Shown in pieces: positions 9,272-18,325 of a stretch of 64,000 nt of DNA. Made by a program: the position numbers and the translations under genes. Each line of letters begins with the position of its first letter. Position 1 is the stretch's first letter. Origin of the DNA: Nitrososphaerota archaeon. GTDB taxonomy: Archaea; Thermoproteota; EX4484-205; JAAOZP01. The stretch covers positions 20,973 through 84,972 of the forward strand of contig JAAOZP010000010.1 in the NCBI GenBank assembly GCA_011605725.1, written 5' to 3'. The notes under the pieces are model-generated. The model saw only the letters and a list, made by a program, of their open reading frames with translations, made no database searches and had not been told where the DNA came from.

Positions 9272-9862
9272 TTGTATAGCCTGGTCGACCTCGTGGCAAA
9301 AACACTCGTTAAGGCAGGCGGTTTTCTAGCATGGCCTGATAAGACTGATGAAGGAGTCTTGCAACCTTTTGTACTTGACCTTACTACGATCCTAAGCCAT
9401 CCGCCTGTTTTCCTCCGGGTCGCATCCAACCTTCTCCAGGTTGTTAGAAAGAAAGCCGGGTTGAAAAGCTTCGAGTTCGTCGCGGGAGTGCCCTTGGCTG
9501 GAATACCTTACGCGTCATTCCTCTGCGTTAAAACATGTAAACCCATGTTGCTTGTCAGGGAGAGAGGCGGTGGGAAGCTTGTAGAGGGTCCTTTAAAAAT
9601 GGGGGATAGAGTACTAGTTGTTGATGACTCTGTTGTGACAGGCAGACAGATACTGGAGACTGCTAGTAAAATCGTTTCGGAGGGAGGGGTGGTTGAGCAG
9701 GCTGTCGTAATAATATGTCAGAATAAGAATGCTGTGAAAAGGCTGAAGAGCAAGGGGATAACTTTGCACGAGTTGATTGATTTCAAAAGCCTAGTTGGAA
9801 GTTTGAAGAAACTCGACGCTTTAACCGAAGAGGAATATAATTCTTTACTTTCCAATGTATAG
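9272..9862 (+). CDS. Type I phosphoribosyltransferase, divergent PyrE-like paralog
   Basis: PRPP loop RVLVVDDSVVTGRQ, with overall PyrE-like length and order (FEFVAGVPLAGIPYAS...). It lacks the F.L.SG..SPYY.D motif that the bona fide pyrE at 26799 has. Confidence 0.6.
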   Translation: MYSLVDLVAKTLVKAGGFLAWPDKTDEGVLQPFVLDLTTILSHPPVFLRVASNLLQVVRKKAGLKSFEFVAGVPLAGIPYASFLCVKTCKPMLLVRERGGGKLVEGPLKMGDRVLVVDDSVVTGRQILETASKIVSEGGVVEQAVVIICQNKNAVKRLKSKGITLHELIDFKSLVGSLKKLDALTEEEYNSLLSNV

Positions 9863-9863
9863 A

Positions 9864-9898
9864 AAACATTAGCGCGAGCGCGCGCTATACCAATGTTT
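9864..9898. terminator. Imperfect GC-cored hairpin between convergent genes
   Basis: AAACATT-AGCGCG-agcg-CGCGCT-atacc-AATGTTT. It lies in the 126-nt gap between the 3' ends of 9272..9862(+) and 9989..10699(-). Confidence 0.25.
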
Positions 9899-9988
9899 AG
9901 AACGTCGTTAGTCATGCGAGGACTAAAGGATTATGACCGTATGCTACATCTGTTACCCTTAGTTGGAAGCATTAAATATAATGTGCAG

Positions 9989-10699
9989 CTATGTTTTCGT
10001 CTTGGGTTTAGATGCTTCAGACTCCTCTATCAGCGGAATTATCTCCTCAACGCAGAACTTTATGAATGAGGCAGGGTCGATCCTGCTGAAGATCGTTACG
10101 ACAGCATCCCTAGTGATACCTGCAACATATCCTGTTTTTCTGTGAGAAATAACTAAATACCATATGTTTCCATGTTTCAAGTATTCTGTGAACAGACTTG
10201 TGTTAGCGAGCGATGGCCCGTATAGCGAGAGCTTCTTAATATTAGGTATATCAACATCGTCGAAGAAAACTACTTTGACAGCATCACTATTCGCATTATG
10301 ATAATTCAACATTACTTCTGGGGAAATCCTGGCTTCAACAATCCTGCCGCTTTTAAGAAAGATCACTTGGCTAAACATGTTGGCAACCATGTTTGCAACA
10401 GGTTTTTTCTCCAACACTATTAGGAAGACTCTCCTCCTTCTGAAAGCGAAGCTGAAAACTGAGTCAACTGTTTTAGCAACTATTTCTGTCCTATCCCTTC
10501 TCTTAATCGTCAGAGGCACATCTCTACTAATAATTCCCTCCAGCATGTTTTGGGAAGCCTTCAGCTCAGCAATCTCAGTCATCAGACTTAGGTCAACTCC
10601 CTCTAACGGTGTTTCAACCCTGTAACCCTTAAGCCTCTGGGCAATATCGCTCTGAGACAGGTACTCATCCAGTCTGAATATCTTTCCTGCAGTAACCAT
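9989..10699 (-). CDS. Hypothetical protein (236 aa), no family recognised
   Basis: Long ORF with normal composition. It is divergent from the SMC-like ATPase across a 413-bp spacer. Confidence 0.5.
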   Translation of the reverse strand: MVTAGKIFRLDEYLSQSDIAQRLKGYRVETPLEGVDLSLMTEIAELKASQNMLEGIISRDVPLTIKRRDRTEIVAKTVDSVFSFAFRRRRVFLIVLEKKPVANMVANMFSQVIFLKSGRIVEARISPEVMLNYHNANSDAVKVVFFDDVDIPNIKKLSLYGPSLANTSLFTEYLKHGNIWYLVISHRKTGYVAGITRDAVVTIFSRIDPASFIKFCVEEIIPLIEESEASKPKTKT

Positions 10700-11080
10700 T
10701 CTCTTACATAAAGCTAAGTATCTCTTTTTAACCGTTTTCAGCCTGGTCTTAACAAGTTATTCCTTGCAATGCGGTACGCGCGAAGCAGAATACAGATAGT
10801 TGGCAGCATTTTTAGCTCTAAAACACGTTTTTTAACCGGCTTAAGCCTGACGGCTCCTGATTCACTGCCGCCGAGCGTCTAAAAATGGTGGTTAAGCTGT
10901 TTCAATGTGAACGTATTTCCTCTATTAATGAATGAGAAGAACCGTTTGACATAAACAAGCATTGTCTTACTGGATGTGGAGCAGTTTGGTTTATTTTTGA
11001 AAAACTTTTCTAAAATCTGGTGGAAAGCTCCGCCTAACGATTATTAAAGGTTTACTAGCGCGTAGCCTGATGCAAAAATC

Positions 11081-11088
11081 TTATTTAA
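11081..11088 (+). promoter_or_regulatory. TATA-like box for a near-leaderless transcript of the SMC-like ATPase
   Basis: TTATTTAA lies 25-32 nt upstream of the GTG start at 11113. Confidence 0.3.
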
Positions 11089-11112
11089 GCCCTCGAAGCC
11101 TTTAAAACACTG

Positions 11113-12888
11113 GTGGAAACTACAGAGCAGGAAAAAAGTCTCCGGCTGAAAGAAGTTCGACTTGAAAACTTCATGAGTTACAAGTATGCCACTATACCTG
11201 TTCGCCCTAAGCTTAACCTTATTCTTGGTCCCAACGGGTCCGGTAAGTCGTCAATACTCTTGGCTGTTTCCGTTGGCCTTGGCCAGTCTAGGAGCGGCAG
11301 GGCTGAGAAGCTCAGCGACCTGATTAGGAATGGGGAGGATATTGCTAGGGTTACACTGGTGTTCGACAATTCTCCGGGGCAGGATGGGAAAAGGCCTGTT
11401 CCATTCATAAGGTCAGACGAGCTCGTTATAACCAGGTACTTGAGGAGAGATGGGGAGTACTGGAGCCAGATTAACTATAATCCTGCTACAAAGATAGAGG
11501 TTGAAGAAATCCTCTCCCTCTTCGGCATAGATCCGTCCAACATGCTGATAATCATGCATCAATACATGATTGAGGAGTTTGCCTCTCTTGAACCGTCTGA
11601 AAAGCTTAGGCTTGTTGAGGGTGCTGTCGGCCTGTCTGGGCTTAGGGAGAACATTAAGGCCTCGCAGGAGAGGCTTAGCAGGATTATCAGCGAGGAGAAG
11701 TCTGTTGAAGCACTTCTAAACGAGGCTCGTGAGACGCTGGGAATGTGGAGGGCGGAGTACGAGAAGCTTGTTAAGAAGAGGGAGCTCCAGGCTCTTCACG
11801 CCGAGTTGAACAGGCTTCTTAAATGGAGTATATATAGCCAGCTTAACGCTGAAAAGGCTAGGCTTGAGGAGAATGTTTATAGGCTTGAGACTAGGATTGC
11901 TGAGGGGAACCGGGTTGTCTCCCGGACTTTGGAGAAGTGTGATAAGGTTTGGAGCAGACTGAATAAGGTTAGGATGAAGCTTAAAAGAGTCTTTTTCAAA
12001 GCCTCTGAAAAAGGGTTTGACGACAGTCTTATCGACGAGTATAGTAGGCTGGATGAGGAGATAACTCGGTTAATTAAGAGCTATGTGAGGCTTAACGTTA
12101 AGGCGGAAGTCTTGAAATACAGGATCAGGGAGCTTGAAAGGGAGCGTCGCAGAATTCAGGAGAGGATTAAAGCTGTGGAAGACAGGGTTAAGGAAGTCAG
12201 GGAGCAGCTTGAAGGCGAAGCACCCAGGGAGACTGATCCTCCCGATGTCTTGGAGAAAAAGATTAACGACTGTATTATTCAAATAGCATCGCTCGGCACG
12301 GTCAGCGAGAACGCTGAAGAGCTTTACAAAAATTATCTCAATGTTTACAGTGATCTTGAGCAGAAGGTTAAGATGATAGTTGAAAACAGGAGGGCTGCTG
12401 AAAACGAGCTTAAAGACAGGATGGAAATATGGAGGAGGAAGGTTGTTGAGACGATAAGCAAGGTTAACGAAGGGTTTAGGAGAAACATGGAGGTGATGGG
12501 GGGGACAGGCGAATTAAGACTTGTGAACTTGGAGGATATTGAGAATGCTGGCCTAACCATCTTCGTAAGCTTTGGCGGCACTAACCTGACAGAGTTTAAC
12601 GCCTACACTCAGAGCGGTGGTGAGAGGAGCGCGACAGTCGTATCGTTCCTAATGGCTTTACAATCGTTAGTTCGATCAAGCATTAGAGGGATCGATGAAT
12701 TGGATGTACATATGGATCCAATGAATAGGATAAAATTTTTCAAAATATTATCGGATGTGGTTGAGAAGAATCCTGGTGTGGCGTACTTCTGTATCACTCC
12801 CGGGACTCCGCCCCCGGTTAAGGATGCTCATGTTATTGTTGTCCAGAAAGTTCAGGATGAGTCACGAATATTGGAAGTTGAACAGTAA
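11113..12888 (+). CDS. Short hinge-less SMC5/6-/Rad50-like ABC ATPase (archaeal SMC-related protein type)
   Basis: N-terminal head LKEVRLENFMSYKYATIPVRPKLNLILGPNGSGKSSILLAVSVGLG. The middle is coiled-coil-like. The C-terminal head has YTQSGGERSATVVSFLMAL and Walker B/D-loop IRGIDELDVHMDP. The protein is only 591 aa. Confidence 0.75.
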   Translation: METTEQEKSLRLKEVRLENFMSYKYATIPVRPKLNLILGPNGSGKSSILLAVSVGLGQSRSGRAEKLSDLIRNGEDIARVTLVFDNSPGQDGKRPVPFIRSDELVITRYLRRDGEYWSQINYNPATKIEVEEILSLFGIDPSNMLIIMHQYMIEEFASLEPSEKLRLVEGAVGLSGLRENIKASQERLSRIISEEKSVEALLNEARETLGMWRAEYEKLVKKRELQALHAELNRLLKWSIYSQLNAEKARLEENVYRLETRIAEGNRVVSRTLEKCDKVWSRLNKVRMKLKRVFFKASEKGFDDSLIDEYSRLDEEITRLIKSYVRLNVKAEVLKYRIRELERERRRIQERIKAVEDRVKEVREQLEGEAPRETDPPDVLEKKINDCIIQIASLGTVSENAEELYKNYLNVYSDLEQKVKMIVENRRAAENELKDRMEIWRRKVVETISKVNEGFRRNMEVMGGTGELRLVNLEDIENAGLTIFVSFGGTNLTEFNAYTQSGGERSATVVSFLMALQSLVRSSIRGIDELDVHMDPMNRIKFFKILSDVVEKNPGVAYFCITPGTPPPVKDAHVIVVQKVQDESRILEVEQ

Positions 12889-12898
12889 AGCATGTCTT

Positions 12899-14065
12899 TT
12901 ATTGCTCGTTCTCAAGGGATTTGGGCTTGAAATTGTTTATCAGTTCAATAGCATTTTTAATATCCTCCTCTTTCGCTCCAAAGCTTATTCTCACATGATT
13001 CTCACCATGAGGACCGAAGCCTTCGCCCGGAGCCAGAACGACTCCTGTCTCCCTTGCCAGTTCAAGGCAGAACTTGAAGGATTTAAACGGTACGTATGGG
13101 AACATGTAGAGCGAGCCCTGCGGCTCATAGACATTCAACAGATCCATTCTTCTAAAGCCCTGCATAAACATTCTTAGGCGCTTCTCAACATTCATCCTCA
13201 CGTATTCAGTTATTTCATCGATGAAGGGAAGTGTCTTTAATACTACGCGTTGCCCTAGTGTGTTTGACGTCAGGGAGGTGGCGTATCTAACCATGCCTGC
13301 CCTGCTTATCATGTTTTTATCGGAGGCTACGAACCCTAACCTCAAGCCAGTTATACCCATGTTTTTCGAGAAGCTTCCTATGATAATAGTGTTTTCAAGA
13401 CTGGCGTCGAAGCTTCCGGGGCTTACGGGCTTGTTTCCGTTGAAAAATATTTCTAAATAAGTTTCATCGGAAACAATTATGGAATCATTCTCCCGAGCAT
13501 GCTCAACGAGCTTCTCCATGTCTCTTGGTGGAATAACTTTTCCAGTGGGATTGTTTGGAGAGCAAACTAGGATAAGGCTACGCCTGTCTTTCTCCCCAGC
13601 AACTTGACTGCTAACTTCTGAGTCCTGACTGTAATAGTCTATCGTAACATCGTCGAAAAGGTTTGCCGCAATAGTGTGTTGGGGGTAAGTGGGATCAGGT
13701 AGAACAATCCTGTCTCCAGGATCAAGCACGGTCATTAATGATACTAGAAACGCTTCCGAAGCCCCTGCAGTCACCAGAATGTTTTCAGCTTTAACATCTA
13801 AGCCTCTGCTTTCCATCAGGTATTCGGCTATCAGGCTTCTAAGCTCATTGAACCCTTCTACCGGAGGATATGTAAGGCTGCTTTCCTCAGAAGCCTTCCT
13901 GACAGCATCCTTTACTAAAGGGTGTGGTTCTATGAAAATGTCCCCTACGCTAAGGTTCATCACGGCACTTCTCCTAGATGCTGCTTCTTTCAAAATCCTT
14001 CTGTGAGGCGGCTCGACAATCCTACTTATTCTGGAAGCTATTTTCAACCCGGTTTTCCACGACAT
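12899..14065 (-). CDS. Class I/II PLP-dependent aminotransferase (aspartate/aromatic type)
   Basis: SPNNPTG, the PLP-lysine motif GSFSKNMGITGLRLGF, and a C-terminal RISFG. Confidence 0.85.
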   Translation of the reverse strand: MSWKTGLKIASRISRIVEPPHRRILKEAASRRSAVMNLSVGDIFIEPHPLVKDAVRKASEESSLTYPPVEGFNELRSLIAEYLMESRGLDVKAENILVTAGASEAFLVSLMTVLDPGDRIVLPDPTYPQHTIAANLFDDVTIDYYSQDSEVSSQVAGEKDRRSLILVCSPNNPTGKVIPPRDMEKLVEHARENDSIIVSDETYLEIFFNGNKPVSPGSFDASLENTIIIGSFSKNMGITGLRLGFVASDKNMISRAGMVRYATSLTSNTLGQRVVLKTLPFIDEITEYVRMNVEKRLRMFMQGFRRMDLLNVYEPQGSLYMFPYVPFKSFKFCLELARETGVVLAPGEGFGPHGENHVRISFGAKEEDIKNAIELINNFKPKSLENEQ

Positions 14066-14102
14066 GTCCTGCTTTTAAAGCTTAAGCTAAGTATATGGAT
14101 TC

Positions 14103-16004
14103 TTATTTTTCTTGTTCCGGGGGAATGGGTGGCATGTAGTGTATTTCGCAGTGTCTTCCAGGAATGATGCTGCGAATCTTCTCAAGCAGCATGGGAAAAG
14201 CCTCCGGAGGGAGAGACATGTCTTTAAGAAACTTTTTTGCGAGTAAAGCTGCTTCCTGATTCTTATCCTTATCTCCAGGCAGGACTGCCGCATATTTTCT
14301 GCACCTTGTCTTTACCTTGCTTAGACTTCCGTAAACCACTTCACCATCATCTGAAACGCCGATCCAAAGCTTAAGCTCCACATCTCTAATGAAGTTCTTC
14401 TCCCCTCTTATCATGAATGCTCCTTTGGGTAGGTATTGACCAGGAGGAGCCTGCTTGCTGACCTGGTTCCCCCTAACCCAGTAGACATCTAGGGAAGAAT
14501 ACTTATTCTCCCAAGCCTTTGAGGTGTAGCATGCTGCCATGAGCGCGGCCTCTTCAAGTTCTTCCTTTGAAGGATTTTCAACATTGTGTATGGTTACGAA
14601 CGGTGCTCCTGTGAAGTCTGCATGAAACACTATGCTTCTGTCTGAAACATGCTTTTTGACGAGGAGCTCGTTTGTCCCAGAATCCTTGCCGGCTAGAATA
14701 AGGTTTCCGTTAACCGATAAGTTCCACCGAAACTTCTCAAACCATTTTCTTTCAACCCTCTTCTCAGGAACCATTTTTCTCCTTTCAACGGACGTCTTCT
14801 CCTTGAGCTGAACAATCTTATCATTAATCTCGGAGAGATGTTTCTCTATTTTCTTAGCCTCTTCAAACATGCTGGAGGCGTTTAACGCGGCTGAGGAATC
14901 CATGTTAAGCTTAAACTCTGAATTGTTAAACAGTATTTTAACGATTCTTCTTTCATAGTTGGTTTCAAGAATCTTGAAACCGGCAGGTACTTCCCTCCTG
15001 TTCTTTACAGCGTCTAAAACTGTTTGAAAGTCCGCAAGGTTCTCCATGATGATTCTGGCTTTATTCCTCAGCGCTTCTACTTCGGAGGCAAGGTTCTCCC
15101 TTATTCCAACTAGCCTGCTAAGCTCTAAAGACGATTTCTCATGCTTGACGACTTCAAACCCCAGTGTAGCATAGTATTCGTCTAAAGCTTCTGAAACGGT
15201 TTCAACCTCCTTCTGCTCCATATTCTCCAGGGAGAGAAGCCTTATTCCAGACACTTCCACCGGACGGCCATTACAATAATAGATCCGTGGCTTCGGAGAC
15301 TCCTCAGCCTCCTTGATGAGCATACGCATGGTTTCGATTGCAAGAGGAATCTTTCCTTCAACGCTTGAGTCAGGATTAAGCCCCGTCCTCCTGCATATCT
15401 CGCTCATTGTTTTAGATCCGAAGCCCAGCTTGCCTGCGATCAACCTGCTGAGTTTTTCAGAAGAATATTCCTGCAGAGCTTCTAGGTTTCCGTCAGCCAC
15501 CCTGGGGTCGAATATGTTAGACGGTGGGAAAACGTATTTCTCTCCCTCTCTCAGTGTTCTCGCTTTCGTCTCGACCCTCTGAGAAGTAAAGAGGATACGC
15601 CAGTCTTCAGAGACGAGGACGATGACGCCGCGTCTCAATCCTTCTATGATAAGCCTAGCTTTAAACCCTCTCTTAGAGAGGTTCATGATTATAATCCTGT
15701 CGAAGTCATACTGTTCCACGCTCTCAACCCTAAGGTTGCAGACTATCCTCCTCAGCTTCAATACTCTGTCTTCAGGAGTGCTTGGAACTGGGTATTCATG
15801 GCGAGTTAGAAACAATGATTCCCCAGGTATCATTACTAGCTTCTTGACAATCCCACTGTTTCTGAAAACCATCAGATAATACCCGTACTCAGGATTACTA
15901 TACACATTGTCAACCCATGCTCCCTGGAGTTCCCTGGAAAGCTCCTTGGAGAGCACTAGGTAGTCGATGCTGGAAAGACTTATTTTCATAGGTTTCAAGC
16001 TCAA
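14103..16004 (-). CDS. NFACT-family protein (RqcH/NEMF/Tae2 homolog; FbpA-N plus DUF814)
   Basis: NFACT-N-like start (SSIDYLVLSKELSRELQGAWVDNVY), a central coiled coil, and a DUF814-like ILAGKDSGTNELLVKKH...VFHADFTGAPFVTI. The start is TTG 16004 or ATG 15989. Confidence 0.8.
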   Translation of the reverse strand: MSLKPMKISLSSIDYLVLSKELSRELQGAWVDNVYSNPEYGYYLMVFRNSGIVKKLVMIPGESLFLTRHEYPVPSTPEDRVLKLRRIVCNLRVESVEQYDFDRIIIMNLSKRGFKARLIIEGLRRGVIVLVSEDWRILFTSQRVETKARTLREGEKYVFPPSNIFDPRVADGNLEALQEYSSEKLSRLIAGKLGFGSKTMSEICRRTGLNPDSSVEGKIPLAIETMRMLIKEAEESPKPRIYYCNGRPVEVSGIRLLSLENMEQKEVETVSEALDEYYATLGFEVVKHEKSSLELSRLVGIRENLASEVEALRNKARIIMENLADFQTVLDAVKNRREVPAGFKILETNYERRIVKILFNNSEFKLNMDSSAALNASSMFEEAKKIEKHLSEINDKIVQLKEKTSVERRKMVPEKRVERKWFEKFRWNLSVNGNLILAGKDSGTNELLVKKHVSDRSIVFHADFTGAPFVTIHNVENPSKEELEEAALMAACYTSKAWENKYSSLDVYWVRGNQVSKQAPPGQYLPKGAFMIRGEKNFIRDVELKLWIGVSDDGEVVYGSLSKVKTRCRKYAAVLPGDKDKNQEAALLAKKFLKDMSLPPEAFPMLLEKIRSIIPGRHCEIHYMPPIPPEQEK

Positions 16005-16009
16005 GATGA

Positions 16010-16300
16010 ATGGGCGGGTACAGATTTAAACCTGAAAGCCTCATCTACTGGACAAGGGTGGCTCTAGGAGCCCTATTGGGTGCTTTACACGCCTTCTTCT
16101 GGCGGCCTCCTTCAACGATAATAAGTGCACTCCTAAACATGTTTTTAATATACGTCTTAACCTACTATTTTTTCAAAAGAATCTACAGGAACAGGCTTAA
16201 GGATGAGAGTGCTGCTTGGAAAGAGGGTGTGGGGAGCTTTTTCCTAGCCTGGCTATTCACATGGTTCCTCCTTTATAACATTCTATTCCCCTCTGGATAG
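16010..16300 (+). CDS. Small membrane protein (3 predicted hydrophobic helices)
   Basis: WTRVALGALLGALHAFFW, IISALLNMFLIYVLTYYFF, GSFFLAWLFTWFLLYNILF. Confidence 0.45.
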   Translation: MGGYRFKPESLIYWTRVALGALLGALHAFFWRPPSTIISALLNMFLIYVLTYYFFKRIYRNRLKDESAAWKEGVGSFFLAWLFTWFLLYNILFPSG

Positions 16301-16600
16301 TTTCTCCAGAAAGTCTATCCATGCTGCAAAATATCCTTCCTCCTCCTGATTTAAGTAGTGTGTTCCAACTGTTTCCATTAGGCTTTTAACATGCTTCTCC
16401 AATTCCTTCGAAGGCTCTCCAATAATGCTTCCTTCAACAGGCTTCTTAAGCGTTTGAAGGATCCCTCTTAAGCCTCTGAAGTAGCCGACTTCATATTCGC
16501 AACTAGGTTTTAAACCATCTAACTGCTTCTCAGCCTCTTCAAGCCTTTTTCTAGCAAGCATTTCAAGTATTTTATCCGTCTGCTCCGTCTTCCTCTTCAA
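16283..16600 (-). CDS. Hypothetical helical protein (105 aa)
   Basis: ORF only. Its composition is charged and helical. Confidence 0.4.
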   Translation of the reverse strand: MKRKTEQTDKILEMLARKRLEEAEKQLDGLKPSCEYEVGYFRGLRGILQTLKKPVEGSIIGEPSKELEKHVKSLMETVGTHYLNQEEEGYFAAWIDFLEKLSRGE

Positions 16601-16687
16601 TCCCGGTTCTCTTTAAAACTTAAGCCTAATAAGCTTATCAAGCATGCTCGAAAATCTTAAAACTTTTCCAATCGTTGGGAAGAATGC

Positions 16688-17863
16688 TTGAAATACTTAG
16701 TAATAGTTGGGGACGGAATGGCTGACTACCCGGTGGAGGAGGCGGACGGTAAGACTCCTCTTCAAGTAGCGGAGAAACCCAGCATGGATGAGATAGCTAG
16801 AAGAGGGCGAATGGGCATGCTTCAAACACTTCGTCCGAATCTGCCTCGAGGTAGCGATGTTGCAAACCTCATCATACTTGGGTATGACCCTTGCTCCTGC
16901 TATACTGGGAGAGGTCCGTTGGAGGCTGCTGCTAAAGGTATAAGGGTTGGGAATGATGAGGTTGTTTTCAGGTGTAATCTCATAACTGTTGAAGAAAACA
17001 GGGTTATAGATTACTCCGGTGGCCATATTACTACGAGCGAGGCTGAAGTCTTGATATCTGAGTTAAACGAGAGGTTCAGCAGTGTCGGAAGGTTTTACAC
17101 TGGCGTCAGCTACAGGAATATTTTCGTCTCTAAGAGAGGCGGGGGGTTGAGGGCTATTCCGCCGCACGATATTGTTGGTGAAGACTACGGCAAGCACTTG
17201 TTGAAACCGGATAATGAGGATTCTAGGCTGCTTAACAGGATGATGATTGAATCTGTCAGTATTCTGTCTGAAAACCAGGTTAACATCCGTAGGCGGAGGA
17301 TGGGTGAGAGGCCTGCGAACATGGCTTGGATATGGGGGCAGGGCAGAATGCCAGACCTGGAGCCTTTCGACGTTAAACACGGCTTAAGAGGAGCAGTTAT
17401 AGCGGCCGTAGACCTTATAAAAGGGATTGGTAGGCTTGCCCGGATGTTTGTGCCTGAAGTACCGGGTGCAACAGGTTACTATGATACTAGTTACGAGAAC
17501 AAGGCGGTTTATGCGGTTAAATCTCTCGAGGAATATGACTTCGTGTATCTGCATGTTGAGGCTCCCGACGAGGCTGGTCACGAAGGGTCTTTCGAAACAA
17601 AGGTAAGGGTTATCGAAGAGATGGATAGGAGGCTTTTCGGAAAAATACTTGACACCGTTGACGAAAACGTTTCAATAAGCATTCTGGTTGACCATCCGAC
17701 GCCGGTGTCTGTTAGAAACCATACGTTAGACCCAACTCCTTTCGCTGTTATGAAACCAGGTTTGAATGGGGACGGGCTTCCTTTCAATGAGGATTCTGGG
17801 TTTAAAGGGTCGTTCGGGCTTGTCGACGGGATGGAAATCGTTAAATTGATTAAAAGGGTTTAA
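16688..17863 (+). CDS. apgM: 2,3-bisphosphoglycerate-independent phosphoglycerate mutase, archaeal type
   Basis: MKYLVIVGDGMADYP...GKTPLQVAEKPSMDEIA...GSDVANL..LGYDP and HVEAPDEAGHEG. Confidence 0.9.
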   Translation: MKYLVIVGDGMADYPVEEADGKTPLQVAEKPSMDEIARRGRMGMLQTLRPNLPRGSDVANLIILGYDPCSCYTGRGPLEAAAKGIRVGNDEVVFRCNLITVEENRVIDYSGGHITTSEAEVLISELNERFSSVGRFYTGVSYRNIFVSKRGGGLRAIPPHDIVGEDYGKHLLKPDNEDSRLLNRMMIESVSILSENQVNIRRRRMGERPANMAWIWGQGRMPDLEPFDVKHGLRGAVIAAVDLIKGIGRLARMFVPEVPGATGYYDTSYENKAVYAVKSLEEYDFVYLHVEAPDEAGHEGSFETKVRVIEEMDRRLFGKILDTVDENVSISILVDHPTPVSVRNHTLDPTPFAVMKPGLNGDGLPFNEDSGFKGSFGLVDGMEIVKLIKRV

Positions 17864-17873
17864 GTCATACTCT

Positions 17874-18203
17874 ATGGCTCCTCCTAAGAGGAAAGGCTAT
17901 CTTGCCGAGCGTAAGATCAGAATGTTTCTAAATAGACACGGCTGGATGACCGTTAGGTCCGGCGGAAGCCTTGGGCTGGCGGACCTGGTTTGCCTCAGGA
18001 AAGGTAAGTGTATCCTGATGCAGGTTAAGTCTACTAGTAAGCATTCGCTGTACGTGGAAGGACCGATGCCTAGTGAAATCGAGGGGTTTCCACTTTACGT
18101 CGTAGTGGACTTTGGATATGGTAACATAAGGGTTTTCAAACCTGGTGAAAAAATTAGTAGACAAGGTGGTGTTCCGTTAAGAGAGTTCTTGGAAAAATGT
18201 TGA
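17874..18203 (+). CDS. Holliday-junction resolvase Hjc-like PD-(D/E)xK nuclease (Gln in place of the second catalytic Glu)
   Basis: KGYLAERKIRMFLNRHGWMTVRSGGSLGLADLVCLRKGKCILMQVKST aligns with P. furiosus Hjc [47 protein letters not shown]. Confidence 0.7.
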   Translation: MAPPKRKGYLAERKIRMFLNRHGWMTVRSGGSLGLADLVCLRKGKCILMQVKSTSKHSLYVEGPMPSEIEGFPLYVVVDFGYGNIRVFKPGEKISRQGGVPLREFLEKC

Positions 18204-18325
18204 ACACGCCATGGAAAAAAGTTTTAAACCATAAGGAAAGCCTTATAGGGGTTTTGAAGCAGTGAGTACTGGTGAATTATCTGATGAAAACGTCAGGCAA
18301 TAGAAGGATGGTGAAAAGTTGAGGA

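Noticed and set aside
10700-11112. 413-bp non-coding gap examined for a tRNA, SRP/RNase P RNA, CRISPR repeats or a small ORF.
   Set aside because: It appears AT-rich on inspection, whereas structured thermophile RNAs are GC-rich. I saw no repeats or cloverleaf-type stems, and the longest small ORF I found was 14 codons. It is most simply a divergent promoter region. An unstructured sRNA cannot be excluded without RNA-seq.
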